Assembly: GCA_043228905.1 (NCBI GenBank)
Contig: JBHGNT010000012.1
Coordinates: forward strand, 10,354,001-10,418,000
Reading direction: 5' to 3'
DNA: 64,000 nucleotides
Source of the DNA: Azolla caroliniana
Taxonomy: Eukaryota > Plantae > Polypodiophyta
The position numbers and the translations under genes were made by a program. Positions 12,315 to 25,554 of the stretch are shown here, in pieces. Under the pieces are notes generated by a model, which worked only from the letters and a program-made list of their open reading frames with translations, was not told where the DNA came from and searched no databases. Position 1 is the first letter of the stretch; every line of letters begins with the position of its first letter.

Positions 12315-13800
12315 ATGGATTTTCAATGGAAATCCGATGCATCGCATCGGATTTGAGTTGAAAGTTCACTTTTCCTTATTTGTTTCCGAATTTTCTTATT
12401 TTTTGTAATTATTTTTTATTTTTTATTTTTTACATAAATAAATAAATAAAAATTAAAAAAATGTATTTTCAATGGAAATCCGATGCAGTGCATTGGATTT
12501 CAGTTCAAAATCCACTTTTTCTTATTTGTTTCCAAATTTTCTTATTTTTCCCATAAATAAATATATAAAAATTGAAAAAACAGATTTTCAACGGAAATCC
12601 ACTATAGTGCATCGGATTTTGGTTGAAAGTCCACTTTTTCTTATTTGGTTCTGATTTTTTTTTTTTTTTTTTCATAGTTGTTTTGATTATTTTTTTTCCC
12701 ATAAATAAATAAATAAAAATTGAAAAAATATATTTTCAATGAAAATCTGATGCATTTCATCGGGTCTTAGTTGAAAGTGCACTTTTTCTTATTTGTTTCC
12801 GAGTTTTCTTATTTTTTAGATTTTTTAAAAAATTTAAAATTTTTTTATTTTTCCCATAAATAAATAAGTAAAAATTGAAAAAATGGGCTTTCAATGGAAA
12901 TCCAATGCGCTGCATCAGATTTCAGTTGAAAGTCCACTTTTTCTTATTTTTTTCCAAATTTTCTTATTTTTTGAATTTGTTTCATATTTTATTTGAATTT
13001 TCTTATTTTTCTGATAAATAAATAAATAAAAATTGGAAAAATGGATTTTCAATTGAAAATACACATTTTCTTATTTGTTTTCAAATTTTATTTTTATTTT
13101 TATTTTTGCCATAACAAAATGTTAAAAATAAAGAAATCATGGATTTCGGCCATTTAAAATGATATATTTTCAATGGAATTCTGTTGCAATGCATCATATT
13201 TCCATTGAAAGTCTAAGATTTTTATTTATTTATTTATTTATCATGAATTTTCAACTGAAATCTGATGCAATGCATCGGATTTCCGTTGAAAATGCAATAT
13301 TTGTTTTATTATTTCATTTTCTTTTATGAAAAAACTAAAAGAAATTTGGATTTTCAATTGAAATCTGATGCAGTGCATCAGATTTCAGTTGGAAATCCAT
13401 TTTTTAAAAATATTTTTTTTATTTGTCGAAAAATGAAAAACAATGGAAAAGAAAAAGGATTGTCAACTAAAATCTGATGCACTATATCGATGTCTAGATG
13501 TATAGACTACAACCTGATGCAATGCATCGGATTTCAGTTGAAAATCCATTTATTATTATTATTTATATGTAGAAAATAAAAAAAATATAAAAAAAATTGA
13601 AAAAAGAAAAAAGGATTTTCAACTTTAATCCAATGCATTGCATTTGATTCTAGATGTATAGACTAAAGAAAATGTAGTGCATTGTATTTTACCTGAAAAT
13701 CCATTTTTAAATTTTTTATTGATTTTTGTTTTTAAATTACAAAATGAAAAAAATTTCAATTGGATTCCCGTTGAAAATACAAGATTTTTTATTTTCTCAA
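12315..13800. repeat. Array of ~12 palindromic units (core AAATCCGATGCAnTGCATCGGATTT) with A/T-rich linkers; linker polarity inverts around 13100-13200
   Basis: Cores near 12330, 12476, 12596, 12743, 12898, 13177, 13258, 13361, 13469, 13511, 13627 and 13669; period roughly 100-155 bp. Confidence 0.85.
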
Positions 13801-13917
13801 ATTTTCAATGAGTTTTAGATTTGTTTTTCGACATAGGTATATAAAAATGGTTACATCAATTTAGATAAACGTTATAGTCTATTCTTCGGTTTGATGTTAC
13901 ATGTGCAATTTCATTCT

Positions 13918-14290
13918 ATTGTCATGTACTAATACAACATGCGCCTTAAAGATGTTTAGGAACTCTGTTGCATTAGAGAAGGGCAGGTTAATTTCATCAA
14001 AATGAGGAGCCAAGGTATCTGGGACTGTCCTGATCAAGACCAAGAAGTTGGGGCAAAGCATATCAATGAAACTGAGATGTTCCAGATGACTTCTAGAGAA
14101 CCTATGGAACCTATAGATGAAGAAGTAGGGGACCTTGTTGAATTAGAAGACGTATCAGAGTTTGAACATACTAACGATTCAAATTAACGTATCGACGAAG
14201 CCAATTAGGACAATCCTGATGAAAGAGCTAATCTTGAAGAGACAGCTTTACCAGACTTATTATTCGATTGAATGGATATGGCTTATTGTA
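13918..14290 (+). pseudogene. Probable hAT transposase C-terminal remnant
   Basis: TACAACATGCGCCTTAAA (YNMRLK) at ~13933 resembles the end of the hAT dimerisation domain (LVYVxYNxRL) and is followed by an acidic tail (ORF 14002-14187). Confidence 0.45.
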
Positions 14291-14613
14291 AAATTTGAAC
14301 AATATGAATTGTTAAATTTTGACGTAATATATAAGTTGAGCTTATTTATAATTTTCGTGTAACACTTATTGAACTTAGAGAGTAAGTATAATTTGTATGT
14401 GTACTTGTTATCTAAAGTCTCCTTTATCGTTTGGGGTATATGGGAGATAAAATTATACTCTATCATTTACTCGTATGATTGGAATGTTATTGTAGACTAG
14501 TTTATTTATACATTGACGGTGTCATGTATCACGTGTCCATGGAAATTTTCTCTTGACGTAGTAGTATCTCTTAATTGCAAGGTTCACAATTTGCTTTAAG
14601 ATATATTATATAT

Positions 14614-17600
14614 TGTCGTGACTTGAGAATAGGAGAGAGAAAAATAAGATGACAATAGAAGGTAGAGGGAGAGAGAGAGAGAGAGAGAGAGAAAGAACAC
14701 TAGAAATGGAAAGAGAGTTGATATTATAAGAGAGCAAGGATTACAAAGAGTAGGCTAAGGGGCTACAAACTGGTGTTGAACCGAATGAGTTGTGATGAAT
14801 GAATAAACACCTATTTATAGGTCCTTATGGAGTATTCTAGAATGTTCTAGAATATTTTAGATATTTATGATATTTAATAGAATCATGGAATATCCTAGAA
14901 TGTTCTAGAATACTCTAAATATCTTGTAATAACTAATAATAGATTTATTATAACTATACATCATATATGTTAGTATAATGGTTAAAGGTCTAACAGATAG
15001 ACCAAGACATCTTGGGCTCGAATCCTTGTAAGGCTGAAATGTATGTTGTCGTGACATTATCCCCCCTTTTTGACGACGAGTTCCACGAGTCGGAAGACAA
15101 GATTTTGGACTTGGCTTATGAGGATATTTGTTGTGAAACGCAGCAACCATTTCAGAGGCATTAGCAAGATTCTCAAGAGGTTCCCATGTTCGATCATTAG
15201 GTGTATAACCTAACCTGTCAACCAAATAATACAATTTGTTGCGAACGATCTTGGAGTCGAGAATGGCAACAACTTCATATTCGGAGCTATCCGAAACTTC
15301 GATTGGAGTTGGGGGAGATGTAAGATGGCACGGAATAGAGCTGGTTGTGTACGGCTCCAAAAGTAAAACATGGAAGACCGGGTGAAGATGCATATGAGGG
15401 GGAAGATCAAGGCGAGATGCCACATCATTGATCTTACCAGATATCACATATGGGCCAAAACGTTGATAATCCAATTTGCAGCAAGGTCGGGTTGTTTTAA
15501 TGCGACCTTGTAAAAGCCATACTCGATCTCCCACTTGAAATGTAGTCGATGAATCACGTTGATGACGGTTGGCAACCTTCTTTTAAGTGTTTTGAGCATC
15601 ACATAAATGGTGCAAAAGGATATCTTGAACTTCTTGGAGTCGGGTGAGCCGATCTTCATCAGCCAGGTTTGTCGGGAGTTCGAGATGTTCAAGCATAGTC
15701 CAACGAGGATGGTACCCAATGTTTGCAAAAGATGGGGAATATCTAGTAGAAGAATGTTCTGAGTTGTTGTAAGCAAATTCCGCCAAATGTAATAGATCAA
15801 CCCAATCATCTTGTTGATAGTTGACAAAACAACGAAGATATTGTTCTACTGTTTGGTTGGTGCGCTCACTATGTCTGTTAGTTTCTGGATGGTAGCTGGA
15901 AGAGAGTTTGCAAGAAGTATGTAAGAGTTTGAACATGTGCTGCCAAAATTTTGAGATGAACTGAGGACCCCGATCATTGATAATATCATTAGGAAGACCA
16001 TGATGCCGAAACACCTCTTGCATGAGTAACTCGGCTGTCTCTTGGCTCGTAATGGCCTTTGTGCAGGGAAGAAAATGTGCCATCTTGGTAAAACGATCTA
16101 CTACTATGAGAATAGAATCAAAACCCTTGGAAGGTGGTAGATCCGGAATGAAGTCCAATGAAATAGATTACCATGGACTCTCAGGAATATGCATTGGCTG
16201 TAATAAGCCATATGGATGATGTCGAGGTTTTTTGGATCGGCGACATGTATCACAACTACGAACATAATCCGTAACAAAATGGCGAAGTTGTGGCCACCAA
16301 TGCCTTCGAGAAATTAACGCCAAAGTCTTGTGGATGCCAAAATGTCCAGCCATTGGTGTATCATGACATTGTTGCAAGACTTGGAGTCGAGAAGGACCAT
16401 CAGGCACATATAAGAGATTTTGTCGAAAAAGTAAACCATCATGCCAATTGAATTGGTTGTAGTCTTCACAAGGATTTTGATATTGTGAACAAGAAGCACG
16501 ATCTGGGATAATATGGTTCAAAATATCTTGGGCGAATTCATTAGTTTCAATATGCTCCTGAATGGAGTCCAGAAGACTTGAATCCTCGGGTGTGTCTATA
16601 GCATGAAAAGCCATTAGTCGTAGACGGTCAGGACCCAAGAGGATTTGCTTCTGACTTTCAAATGCGGCCTCTCCTGGTTGAAGTTCCATATATGAATGCC
16701 GAGATAAAGCATCTGCTTTGCCTTGTTGCGTCCCAGGGCGATATAGAATTACAAAATCAAAATGAGTTAAAAACTGTGCCCAACGAGCTTGTCGACGACT
16801 AGAGACTCGAGCACTTTGGAAGTACGTTAGATTTTTGTGATCATTATAAACAATGATTTGTTGAGACGAATCCTCCAAAAAATGACGCCATTGTTGAAAA
16901 GAATCCACAATGGCAAGAAGCTCTTTGTCGTGAATCTCATAGTTGATTTCTGCAGCTTCGAATTTCCGTGAATGAAAAGCCACAGGGTGTAGTTGGCCAT
17001 CATTGCTAATTTGGGATAATACGCTTCCTAGTGCGAAGTCAGATGCATCAGCTTCTAGTATAAAGCGCTTGAATGGATCAACATGCATCAAAATTGGTGC
17101 GGATGTAAATGCTTGCTTTAATCCTTCAAATGCAGAGTTTGCATTTATACTGCGCACAAATGGTTGATTCTTCTGTGTCAGTTGAGTGAGGGGCAATACG
17201 ATCTTTGAATAATCTTTGATGAACTTGCGATAAAAGTTTGCAAACCCTAAAAAACATTGTACATCTCGCACAGACTGTGGTGTTTGCCAATCCAAAACTG
17301 TTTGAACCTTTGCTGGATCCATAGAGATGCCATGTGAAGAGACTATGTACCCCAAAAATTCCACTTGATGCTGGTCAAAACTGCACTTCTCCAATTTTAC
17401 ATAGAGACCATATTCACGAAACCGTTGCAAAGCTTGTCGAACGTGTATATCATGATCCTCTTGAGTTTTTGAGTAGATTAAGATATCATCTAGGTAAATT
17501 ATGACGAAAATATCGAGGAAATCTCAAAAAATGTCATTCGTCATATGTTGGAAAATTCCTGGTGCATTCGTGAGACCAAATGACATCATTGTATACTCAA

Positions 17601-18011
17601 AATGGCCATAGCGAGTACGAAAAGCAGTCTTCCATTCATCCCCAGGATGAATTCGAACAAGATTGTAAGGACCTCGAAGATCTAACTTTGTGAAATACTT
17701 AGCTCCATTGAGGCGTTCCAGAAGGCTCGAAATCAATGGTAGAGCATATCGATTTCGAATAGTTACTTTATTCAATCCTCGATAATCCACGACCAGACGA
17801 AGCTATCCATCTTTCTTCTTAACGAAAAATATGTGTGCGCCGGTAGGAGATCTTGAATGTTGGATAAACCCATTCGCCAAGTTCTCATCGATATATTCCT
17901 GAAGAACCTCTAACTCCGTGGGTGAAAGGTTATAAATTGGCTCCCATGGAGGCTCTTTTCTGGGCTGCAAATCAATTGGGCAATCATATGGTCAATGCTC
18001 TGGTCGTCTAT
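14614..18011 (-). mobile_element. Tcn1-like chromovirus, second subfamily, 5'-truncated: 3' LTR 14614-15056, PPT 15057-15070, pol RT-RH-INT-chromodomain
   Basis: LTR TGTCGTGAC...GTGACA; PPT AAAAGGGGGGATAA on minus; ORFs 17524-17790 (RT), 16168-17430 (RT/RH), 15583-16158 (INT), 14905-15534 (GPY motif and chromodomain EYEVVAILDSK). Confidence 0.92.
14964..15035 (+). promoter_or_regulatory. tRNA-like Pol III A/B-box cassette inside the LTR, antisense to the element
   Basis: A-box TAGTATAATGG 14971-14981; stem-loop GGTCT-7 nt-AGACC; B-box-like GGCTCGAATCC 15015-15025; T8-to-G53 spacing 45 nt. Confidence 0.6.
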
Positions 18012-18739
18012 TGTTGAGATACAAGCTCAACATTGGCCGGATTGGCTATGGAAGTCGAGAACCGGATCGGTTGGGACCGAACGGTTGGGCCGGACCGATG
18101 CGTAGAACGGATGCGTAAACCGGTACGCAAACCGTGCGTAACGAGAGGCCATATCGGTGCGTAAACCGAAAGGCCATTAGAGAGATATTCCTCACAAGTA
18201 ATAATTTTGGGAGTGACTGTTGAGGCTCATTTATGAGCAGTCAAGTACTGTCAGTACTTGTGTCAGCCCGATTATCAGGGCTTGTATAAAAGGTGCTCAC
18301 TAAGCACGGTGTATGTACAGAGTTAGTATTTTGAATTGAGTTTTGTGTGCTCTCTCTCTGTCTCTCTCGTGTATTGTGTATATTCAAGCTCTCCATTAAA
18401 CCTGCGTATTTTCTTTGTTCGGTTTTCTATTGCTTCCGCACATAATCTTTTACCTGGTATCAGAGCGCGAGGGTTGAGAACCTTTACAGCCGACATAGCT
18501 TAAAAGAAAAACCAACCAAAAAGAACAGGTAAAACCGATGGATAGAGGCATGGCTAGCTCGCTTCCAATAGAGAAGCTCGACAGAAACAACTACGCGTCT
18601 TGGTCTTACAAGATGCACCAGTACCTGCTCGAGCACGGTGTCGTAGTGTGAATCACACACTACGTGCAATATGTCAAAAACTATATCCGATTTAGAGTAC
18701 ATATAATAAATAAAAATAAAATATTAAAAATATTTATTA

Positions 18740-18813
18740 CGTGCATAGGGCAAGATTCGAACCCTGTACCTCCACATAGACAAACCCTAGCCTTACCACT
18801 ATACTAGCATACT
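18740..18813 (-). promoter_or_regulatory. tRNA-like Pol III A/B-box cassette inside the LTR, antisense to the element
   Basis: On minus, A-box TAGTATAGTGG (18806-18796) and B-box GGTTCGAATC (18763-18754); spacing 44 nt. Confidence 0.65.
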
Positions 18814-19289
18814 ATGAATTTTTACTAAACTTTATCCCATGTAAATATTCTAGATATGCATGGTACAAAACGTTATTCATGCATACACACTCGAGTTAAA
18901 AGAAAAGATGGTATAGAAAGCTAATCATGCACATGCAGTGTGCATGAAAACTAAAGTTAGGAAAAGCATTATGCTTGCATGTGATAAACTTAGAGTCTTC
19001 CAACACTATATAAGGAAGAGAGAAAGATGTATAGGGTTGTTGATTTTTTTTAGAAGGATTGATTAATACAAAATATTCGTGGGATTCACGATTTTACCAT
19101 CTAATTCTCTCTTACAATCTAATTACCCATTAATACATTATACTCGTGGGATTCACGAGTTTCATATCTTCTTCTTACAATCTCTTCGTTACTAACATTA
19201 TCTCATATTCTTCTTTCTCCTAGTCCAAACCCCCAACGGTTCCCACCCAACTCACGCAAACGATCTGGCGCCGAAAGGCACGACTCAAG

Positions 19290-19307
19290 TGGTGAACCCG
19301 ACGTGAA
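19290..19307 (+). promoter_or_regulatory. Primer-binding site complementary to tRNA-Trp(CCA)
   Basis: TGGTGAACCCGACGTGAA is the reverse complement of TTCACGTCGGGTTCACCA, the 3' end of plant cytosolic tRNA-Trp as I recall it; it lies 4 nt after the LTR. Confidence 0.8.
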
Positions 19308-22300
19308 CACGGGTGGCAAGGAGATGGAAAATCAACCGGAGGCTAACAACATGATGATGATGTTCGAGCGGATGCTTCAAGAACAACGTGCGATGTCGGA
19401 GATAGCGGCGGTAGTAGAGCGGCTCATCTCGTGCAACGGATCGGGCAATTCAACGGAAAGGACGTATCACGCTATCTTCGGGACTACAAGGCAGAAATGA
19501 TACAATGCGGGATTTCGGAAGGACTGCAAGTGACATCCTTCAACTGGGTAGCTACCGACGGGCTTCAAGCAAGTATCCACGGGCTACGACAACAAAATCC
19601 GACGTGGGAAGCATTTGAAGAGGCGCTAAAGACCACGTTCGCCATCGAGGACTCCTCCAAGGCAACGAGGAGAGGATTCGAAGATTGGGTGGAAACGCGG
19701 GATAAGGGGATGAAGGTCCTCGATGTGTTTTCGACATTTGAAAGTCAGTTCGGGAGGTTTTCTACGAGAGATCAAGCTATCCTCACACCGGACAAAGTTA
19801 TCATGTTCTTACGAGCTGTAGACGTCCGGGACCGGGAGGATCTTGGAGTGCTTCTAGAGGACATGACCACCGAGAGTGGCCGCACCGAAACATGGGAAAG
19901 CGTGCGGGATATCGTCACGCGATACACAAAGAGGGTGTAATGGCTTGCAAACGAAGAAAAGAGGGTTTCAGAACCGATTTTGAAACCGAGATCTAGATCA
20001 GAAGACCATCAACCGCGGGCTCGGGAGACTACGACCGAGAAGGGAATCGACACAACCACGGTGGAGCAATTGTTGAAGGAGATTGAGAATCTGAAAATCG
20101 CGATGGTGAGGAAGATGGAAGACCGTCCCACAAGTTCCAAGTACATGGATCGTCGATGCATATGATGCGATAGCACCGAACATGATCGGAGAGATTGCGA
20201 TGAGCACAAGGAGGCATTACGACGGGATCTTATCTACTACAAGGGAAATCAGATTCATTCGATGGATTCTCGGAAGCCACTCCGACCGAACTTCAGGAAA
20301 GGTGACATGAAGAAGGTCCTAGAGGAGGAGATAGCGGCGAAAGACAATTATGCGACAACCGTGGGAATACGTGTGGGGGAGTCATCTGTAGCAAAGGTGT
20401 CTTTTTGACCGGAAGTGTTAGAAATTTCGAAGAAAGCCGACCAAATCCGAAATGCCGTGGAATGTATCCGGGAAGCTACGGGATGGGAGTGCTCCATAGA
20501 TAAGAATAGCGTACATGCGCTATGTCAATTGCATGAAGTGTATGTGGATGAAAAATGACGGCGCACGGATGATGCGGCTAGACCATCAAAGACACTGGAA
20601 AGCTGGAACTCCGGAGGGAAGGGAAAAGAAAAGACGATTCCGGCATTCAAGCTCGCCTTGGACATCGAACCACAAACGGACTTAAAAAAGGCGTTCGAAG
20701 ATAGAATCCTCAATAGTCGGGTAGAATTTTTGCTTCGGGAATTACTCAGAATAGCGAAGAAGGAGTTCCACGATCTTCTTGTGGATCTCGTGAAGAGAAA
20801 TAAACAAAGTACGGAGGAAAATGCTCCAAGGGTGAATGCAAATACCGTCTTAATGAATGACACCGAAGTGGAGGACGAAATACCGAACTTGCACTACACA
20901 AGGCCACAATGGGCACGTGCAACTACGGAGACTCCGATCCGAATCGACAACATCAAAGAGCCCGTGCTAAGATTGATTATCACGGATCAGAGATCAATTT
21001 GATGTCCAAGTAGTTCTACTGGAAGAGGAAGTGGCCTATAAACACTAACCATGGATGGAAGATCCGGGCAACCACTAAAGCAACGAAAGATCTATTTGCG
21101 GCTTGTCTGGATGTGACGGTGAAGATCGGGGATGTTAAGATCGACCAAAATTTCTTCGTACAAGACAAGGTCTCACATTCCGTGATCCTCGGGCAACCAT
21201 TTATCACAACATCACGGATGGAGACGAAGGTGCTCGATAGCGGTGCGGTTTTCACCCGAATTCGGAGCCAAAGCGGAGGGAAATCCGTCCAATTCCTAAT
21301 TGTGCCGGCAAATCATGAAAGGAACAAGAGAGAGCTCTTCTCCCAAACAAGGATGGATATTTAGAGCGGACTATTGCAGAGTGGGGAAGTGATAGTCTGA
21401 GAAGCCCTGATACCCCACACAGGAAGAAACCTCTCGGTGCAAAGCAAGTACGAATCGGTCCGGATGGGGTATCCACGTACACGGCCGTAATCGAAGGAAT
21501 GAAGAAAGAATACCGAAAATTAGAGGATAAGTTACGGTCGGCATCAATAATAAAAGAAGACGAAGAAATCGTCGGAATAGTCGAAGAAGTGTTCTATGGG
21601 AGCACGCTACAACGGCTTGAAGAGCTTGCGGAAGATACAAGCCAGGGAAACCGGGTAATTCCGGTGGAATCGGTCGAGATGTATGAGATCATTGCAAAAA
21701 TGGGGCTGGATGCACTTCGCAAAGAAGAAGCAATGGTAAGTTCAAAATACAAGACCGTGGAGAAGAAGGTGAAACCGGCCGCGGGACCACTACCCGCCGA
21801 TAGCGAACAAAAGAGGAAAGAAGTGTCGGGAGATCCGACACTTCGGAAGTCCGTGGATATTAGACATGCCGTCACGGATGAGACCCAGAAGAATTTTCGG
21901 ATTCGTGGAGGTGGTTTCCTTTTACAAAATGAAGAAGAATGATTCCGTGGGATGTTGGAACAACATGGGAAAGCATTTGCATTCACATCGAAGGAGATAG
22001 GGTGCGTTGATTCGAAGATAGTGGAGCCGATGGTGATCTTCACGATTGACCATGTGCCGTGGAACCTGAAGCCGATTCCGGTGCCGTGGGCGCATATTCC
22101 GAAAGTCATCGACTTGCTCAAGGAGAAGGTGGTGATGGGGATTCTAGAGCCATGAAATGTTCCGTACTCAAATCGATGGTTTACAGTTCCGAAGAAGAAT
22201 GGGTCACTCCGATTTATCCAAGACTTGCAGCCGATGAACAAGGTCACGATCCGGAACTCCGGAGTCGGTCCGATAGTGGATGAATTTGCGGAAGCATTTG

Positions 22301-25300
22301 CCGGTCGTGCGATATATTCCATCAGATACCTATACTCGGGGTATGAACAATTCCAACTAGCCGTGGAGAGCAGAGACATCACTACCATGCGGACAGCGAT
22401 AGGATTAGTCCGAATTTGCACACTACCACAAGGAGTGACAAACTCAGTTGCACATATGATGAACGTGATGAACAAGGTGCTTCGAGACTGCATTCCGGAG
22501 ATAATGATGCCGTTCCTCGATGACATTCCGATGAAAGGATGCGCGGTAGAAGAAAAAGATGAAACTAAGGATGATCGGGGATGCCGAAAGATCGTAGTCG
22601 ACCATATTCGTGATTGCGAGAAAGTGTTTCGAAAGTTAGAAGATGTGCACCTAACACTTTCCGGTGAGAAATCGGTATTCGGGCAAGAAGAAATATTGGT
22701 AGTCGGACATCTATGTGGGCCCTATGGCCGAAGACCGTCACCAACCAAGATCGACGGAGCATGGATGAGGCGGCCGGTCCATCGAAGACACAGGAAAGCT
22801 GGAACTCCGGAGGTAAGGGAAAAGAAAAGATGATTCTGGCATTCAAGCTCGCCTCGGACATCGAAAAAGAAACGGACTTGAAAAAGGTGTTCGAGGAGAG
22901 AATCCTTGACAGCCGGGTAGATTTTTCGCTTCGGGAACTACTCGGAATAGAAAAAAAAGAGTTCCATGATCTTCTTGTGGATCTCGTAAAAAGAAAAAGA
23001 CAAAGTACGGAGGAAAATGCGCCGATGGAAGACAAACTACAGAGGAAGACAAACTACGGAGGAAAATGAAAATACCATTCTGATGAACGACACCGAAGTG
23101 GAGGACGATATTCCGAATTCCCACTATACAAAGCCACACTAGGCGCGTGCAACTACGGAGACTCCGGTTTGAATCGGCAACATCAAAGAGCCCGTGCTAG
23201 CATTGATTGATCACAGATCGGAGATCAATTTGATGTCCAAAGAGTTCCACCGGAAGGGGTAGTGGCCTATTAACACCAATCATGGATGGAAGATCCGGGT
23301 GGCTACTAAAGCAACGGAAGATCTATTTGTGGCTTGTGTAGATGTGACGGTGAAGATCGGGGATGTCGAGATCGACCAAAATTTCTTCGTACAAGATGAG
23401 GTCTCACACTCCGTGATCCTCGGGCAACCCTTTATTATGGGATCACGGATGGAGACGAAGGTTCTCGATAGCAGTGCAGCTTTTCCACAAATTCAGAGCC
23501 AAAGCGGAGGGAAATCCGTCCAATTCCTAACGGTGCCGGAAAATCATGAAAGAAACAAGAGAGAGCTCTTGTCCCAAACAAGAATGGATTTTTAGAGCGG
23601 ACTATTGCGGAGTGGGGAAGTGATAGTCCGAGAAGCCCTTTTACCCCACACAGGAAGAAACCTCTCGGTGCAAAACAAGTACGAATCGGTCCGGATGGGG
23701 CATCCATGTACATGGCCGTAACCGAAGGAATGAAGAAAGAATACCGAAAAGTGGAGGATAAGTTACGGTTGGCATCAATAATAAAAGAAGACGAAGAAAT
23801 CGTGGGAATAGTCGAAGAAATGTTCTATGGGAGCACACTACAACAACTTGAAGAGCTCGCGGAAGATACAAGCCAGGGAAACCGGGTAATTCCGGTGGAG
23901 TCGGTCGAGATGTACGAGATCATTGTGAAAATGGGGCCGGATGCGCTCCGCAAAGAAGAAGCAATGGTAAGTACGAAATACAAGACCATGGAGAAGAAAG
24001 TGAAACCGGCTGAGGGACCGTTACCCGCAGATAGCGAACAAAAGAGGAAAGAAGTCCTAGGGGATCCGACACTTCGGAAGTCAATGGATATCGGACGTGC
24101 CTTCACGGATGAGACCCGGAAGAAACTTCGGATCGGTGGAGGTGGGTTCCTATTAAAGAATGAAGAAGAACGATTCCGTGGGATGCTAGAGTGACATGGG
24201 AGAGCATTTGCATTTACATCGAAAGAAATAGGATGCGCTGACCCGAAGATAGTGGAGCCAATGGTGATCTTCACGATTGACCATATGCCGTGGAACCTGA
24301 AGCCGATTCCGGTACCATGGGCGCATGTTCCGAAAATCATCGACTTGCTCAAGGAGAAGGTGGTGATGGGGATTCTAGAGCCATCAAATGCTCCGTACTC
24401 AAATTGATGGTTTACGATTCCGAAGAAGAATGGGTCACTCCGATTTATTCAAGATTTGCAACCGGTGAACAAGGTCACGATCCGGAACTCCGGAGTCGGT
24501 TCGATATTGGACGAATTTGCAGAAGCATTTGCCGGTCGCGCGATATACTCCATCGGAGACCTATATTCCGGATATGACCAATTCCAACTAGTCGTGGAGA
24601 GCCGAGACATCACTACCATGCGGACACCAATAGGATTAGTTTGGATGTGTACGCTACCACAAGGCACGACGAACTCAGTTGCACATAAGGTGAATGCGAT
24701 GAACAAGGTGCTCCGGGATTGCATAACAGAGATAACGATGCCGTTCCTAGATGACATTCTGATGAAAGGGTGTGCGGTGGAAGAAAAAGATGAAGCTATG
24801 GATGAACGGGGATGCCAAAGGTTCGTAGTCAACCATATCCGTGATTGTGAGAAAGTGTTTCGGAAGTTAGAAGATGTGCATCTAACACTTTCCGAAGAGA
24901 AATCGGCATTCAGACAAGAAGAAATATTGGTAGTTGGAAATCTATGTGGGCCCTACAACCGAAGACCGTCACCAACCAAGATCGACGTGATTCAAGCTAT
25001 GAAAGAAGTATGCGAGTCAAAAGGTTTCTTGGAGCATGTGCATTCTATCACATATGGATTCCGCACTATGCACATATTGCGGACCCACTCTATCACTTGT
25101 TGTGGAAGGGTAAGAAGTTCGAATGGAAACCAGAGCATACCAAAGCCGTGAAGAAGCTCAAGAAATCACTACGGAGGGCAAAAGCACTAAAGAAGCCGAA
25201 CTATGACCGACTGATCATAGTAACAGTTGACACAAGTCCAACCGGAATCGGATGGGTCATCAATCAAGCCGAGTCGGATGGTTCGCGATACCAGATCCGA

Positions 25301-25554
25301 TTCGGAGTAAAGGTTCTCAACGAAAGGCAACGCGGATATGCACAAGTCAAAAGAGAATTATGGGGAGTCGTGTCGGCAATCAAATCGTATAGAGATTATT
25401 TTATCGGAGCCGAAGTAGTGATTGAAACAGATTGTCTTCCGATACTCGGGATGATGCGGTGTTGCACGATACCGGATGTGGCTATGCTAAGGTGGATTGC
25501 ATATGTTAAGTCACTTAATCCGGAGGTACGACACATCTCCGGAAAAGACAACGC

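Noticed and set aside
12315-13800. CRISPR-like array of palindromic repeats with spacers
   Set aside because: The linkers are long, low-complexity and similar to each other, the repeats are degenerate, no cas genes are present and the context is eukaryotic.
21594-22526. 310-aa antisense ORF, and similar ones at 23825-24352 and 53322-54128
   Set aside because: Shadow frames opposite retrotransposon pol; no independent motifs.
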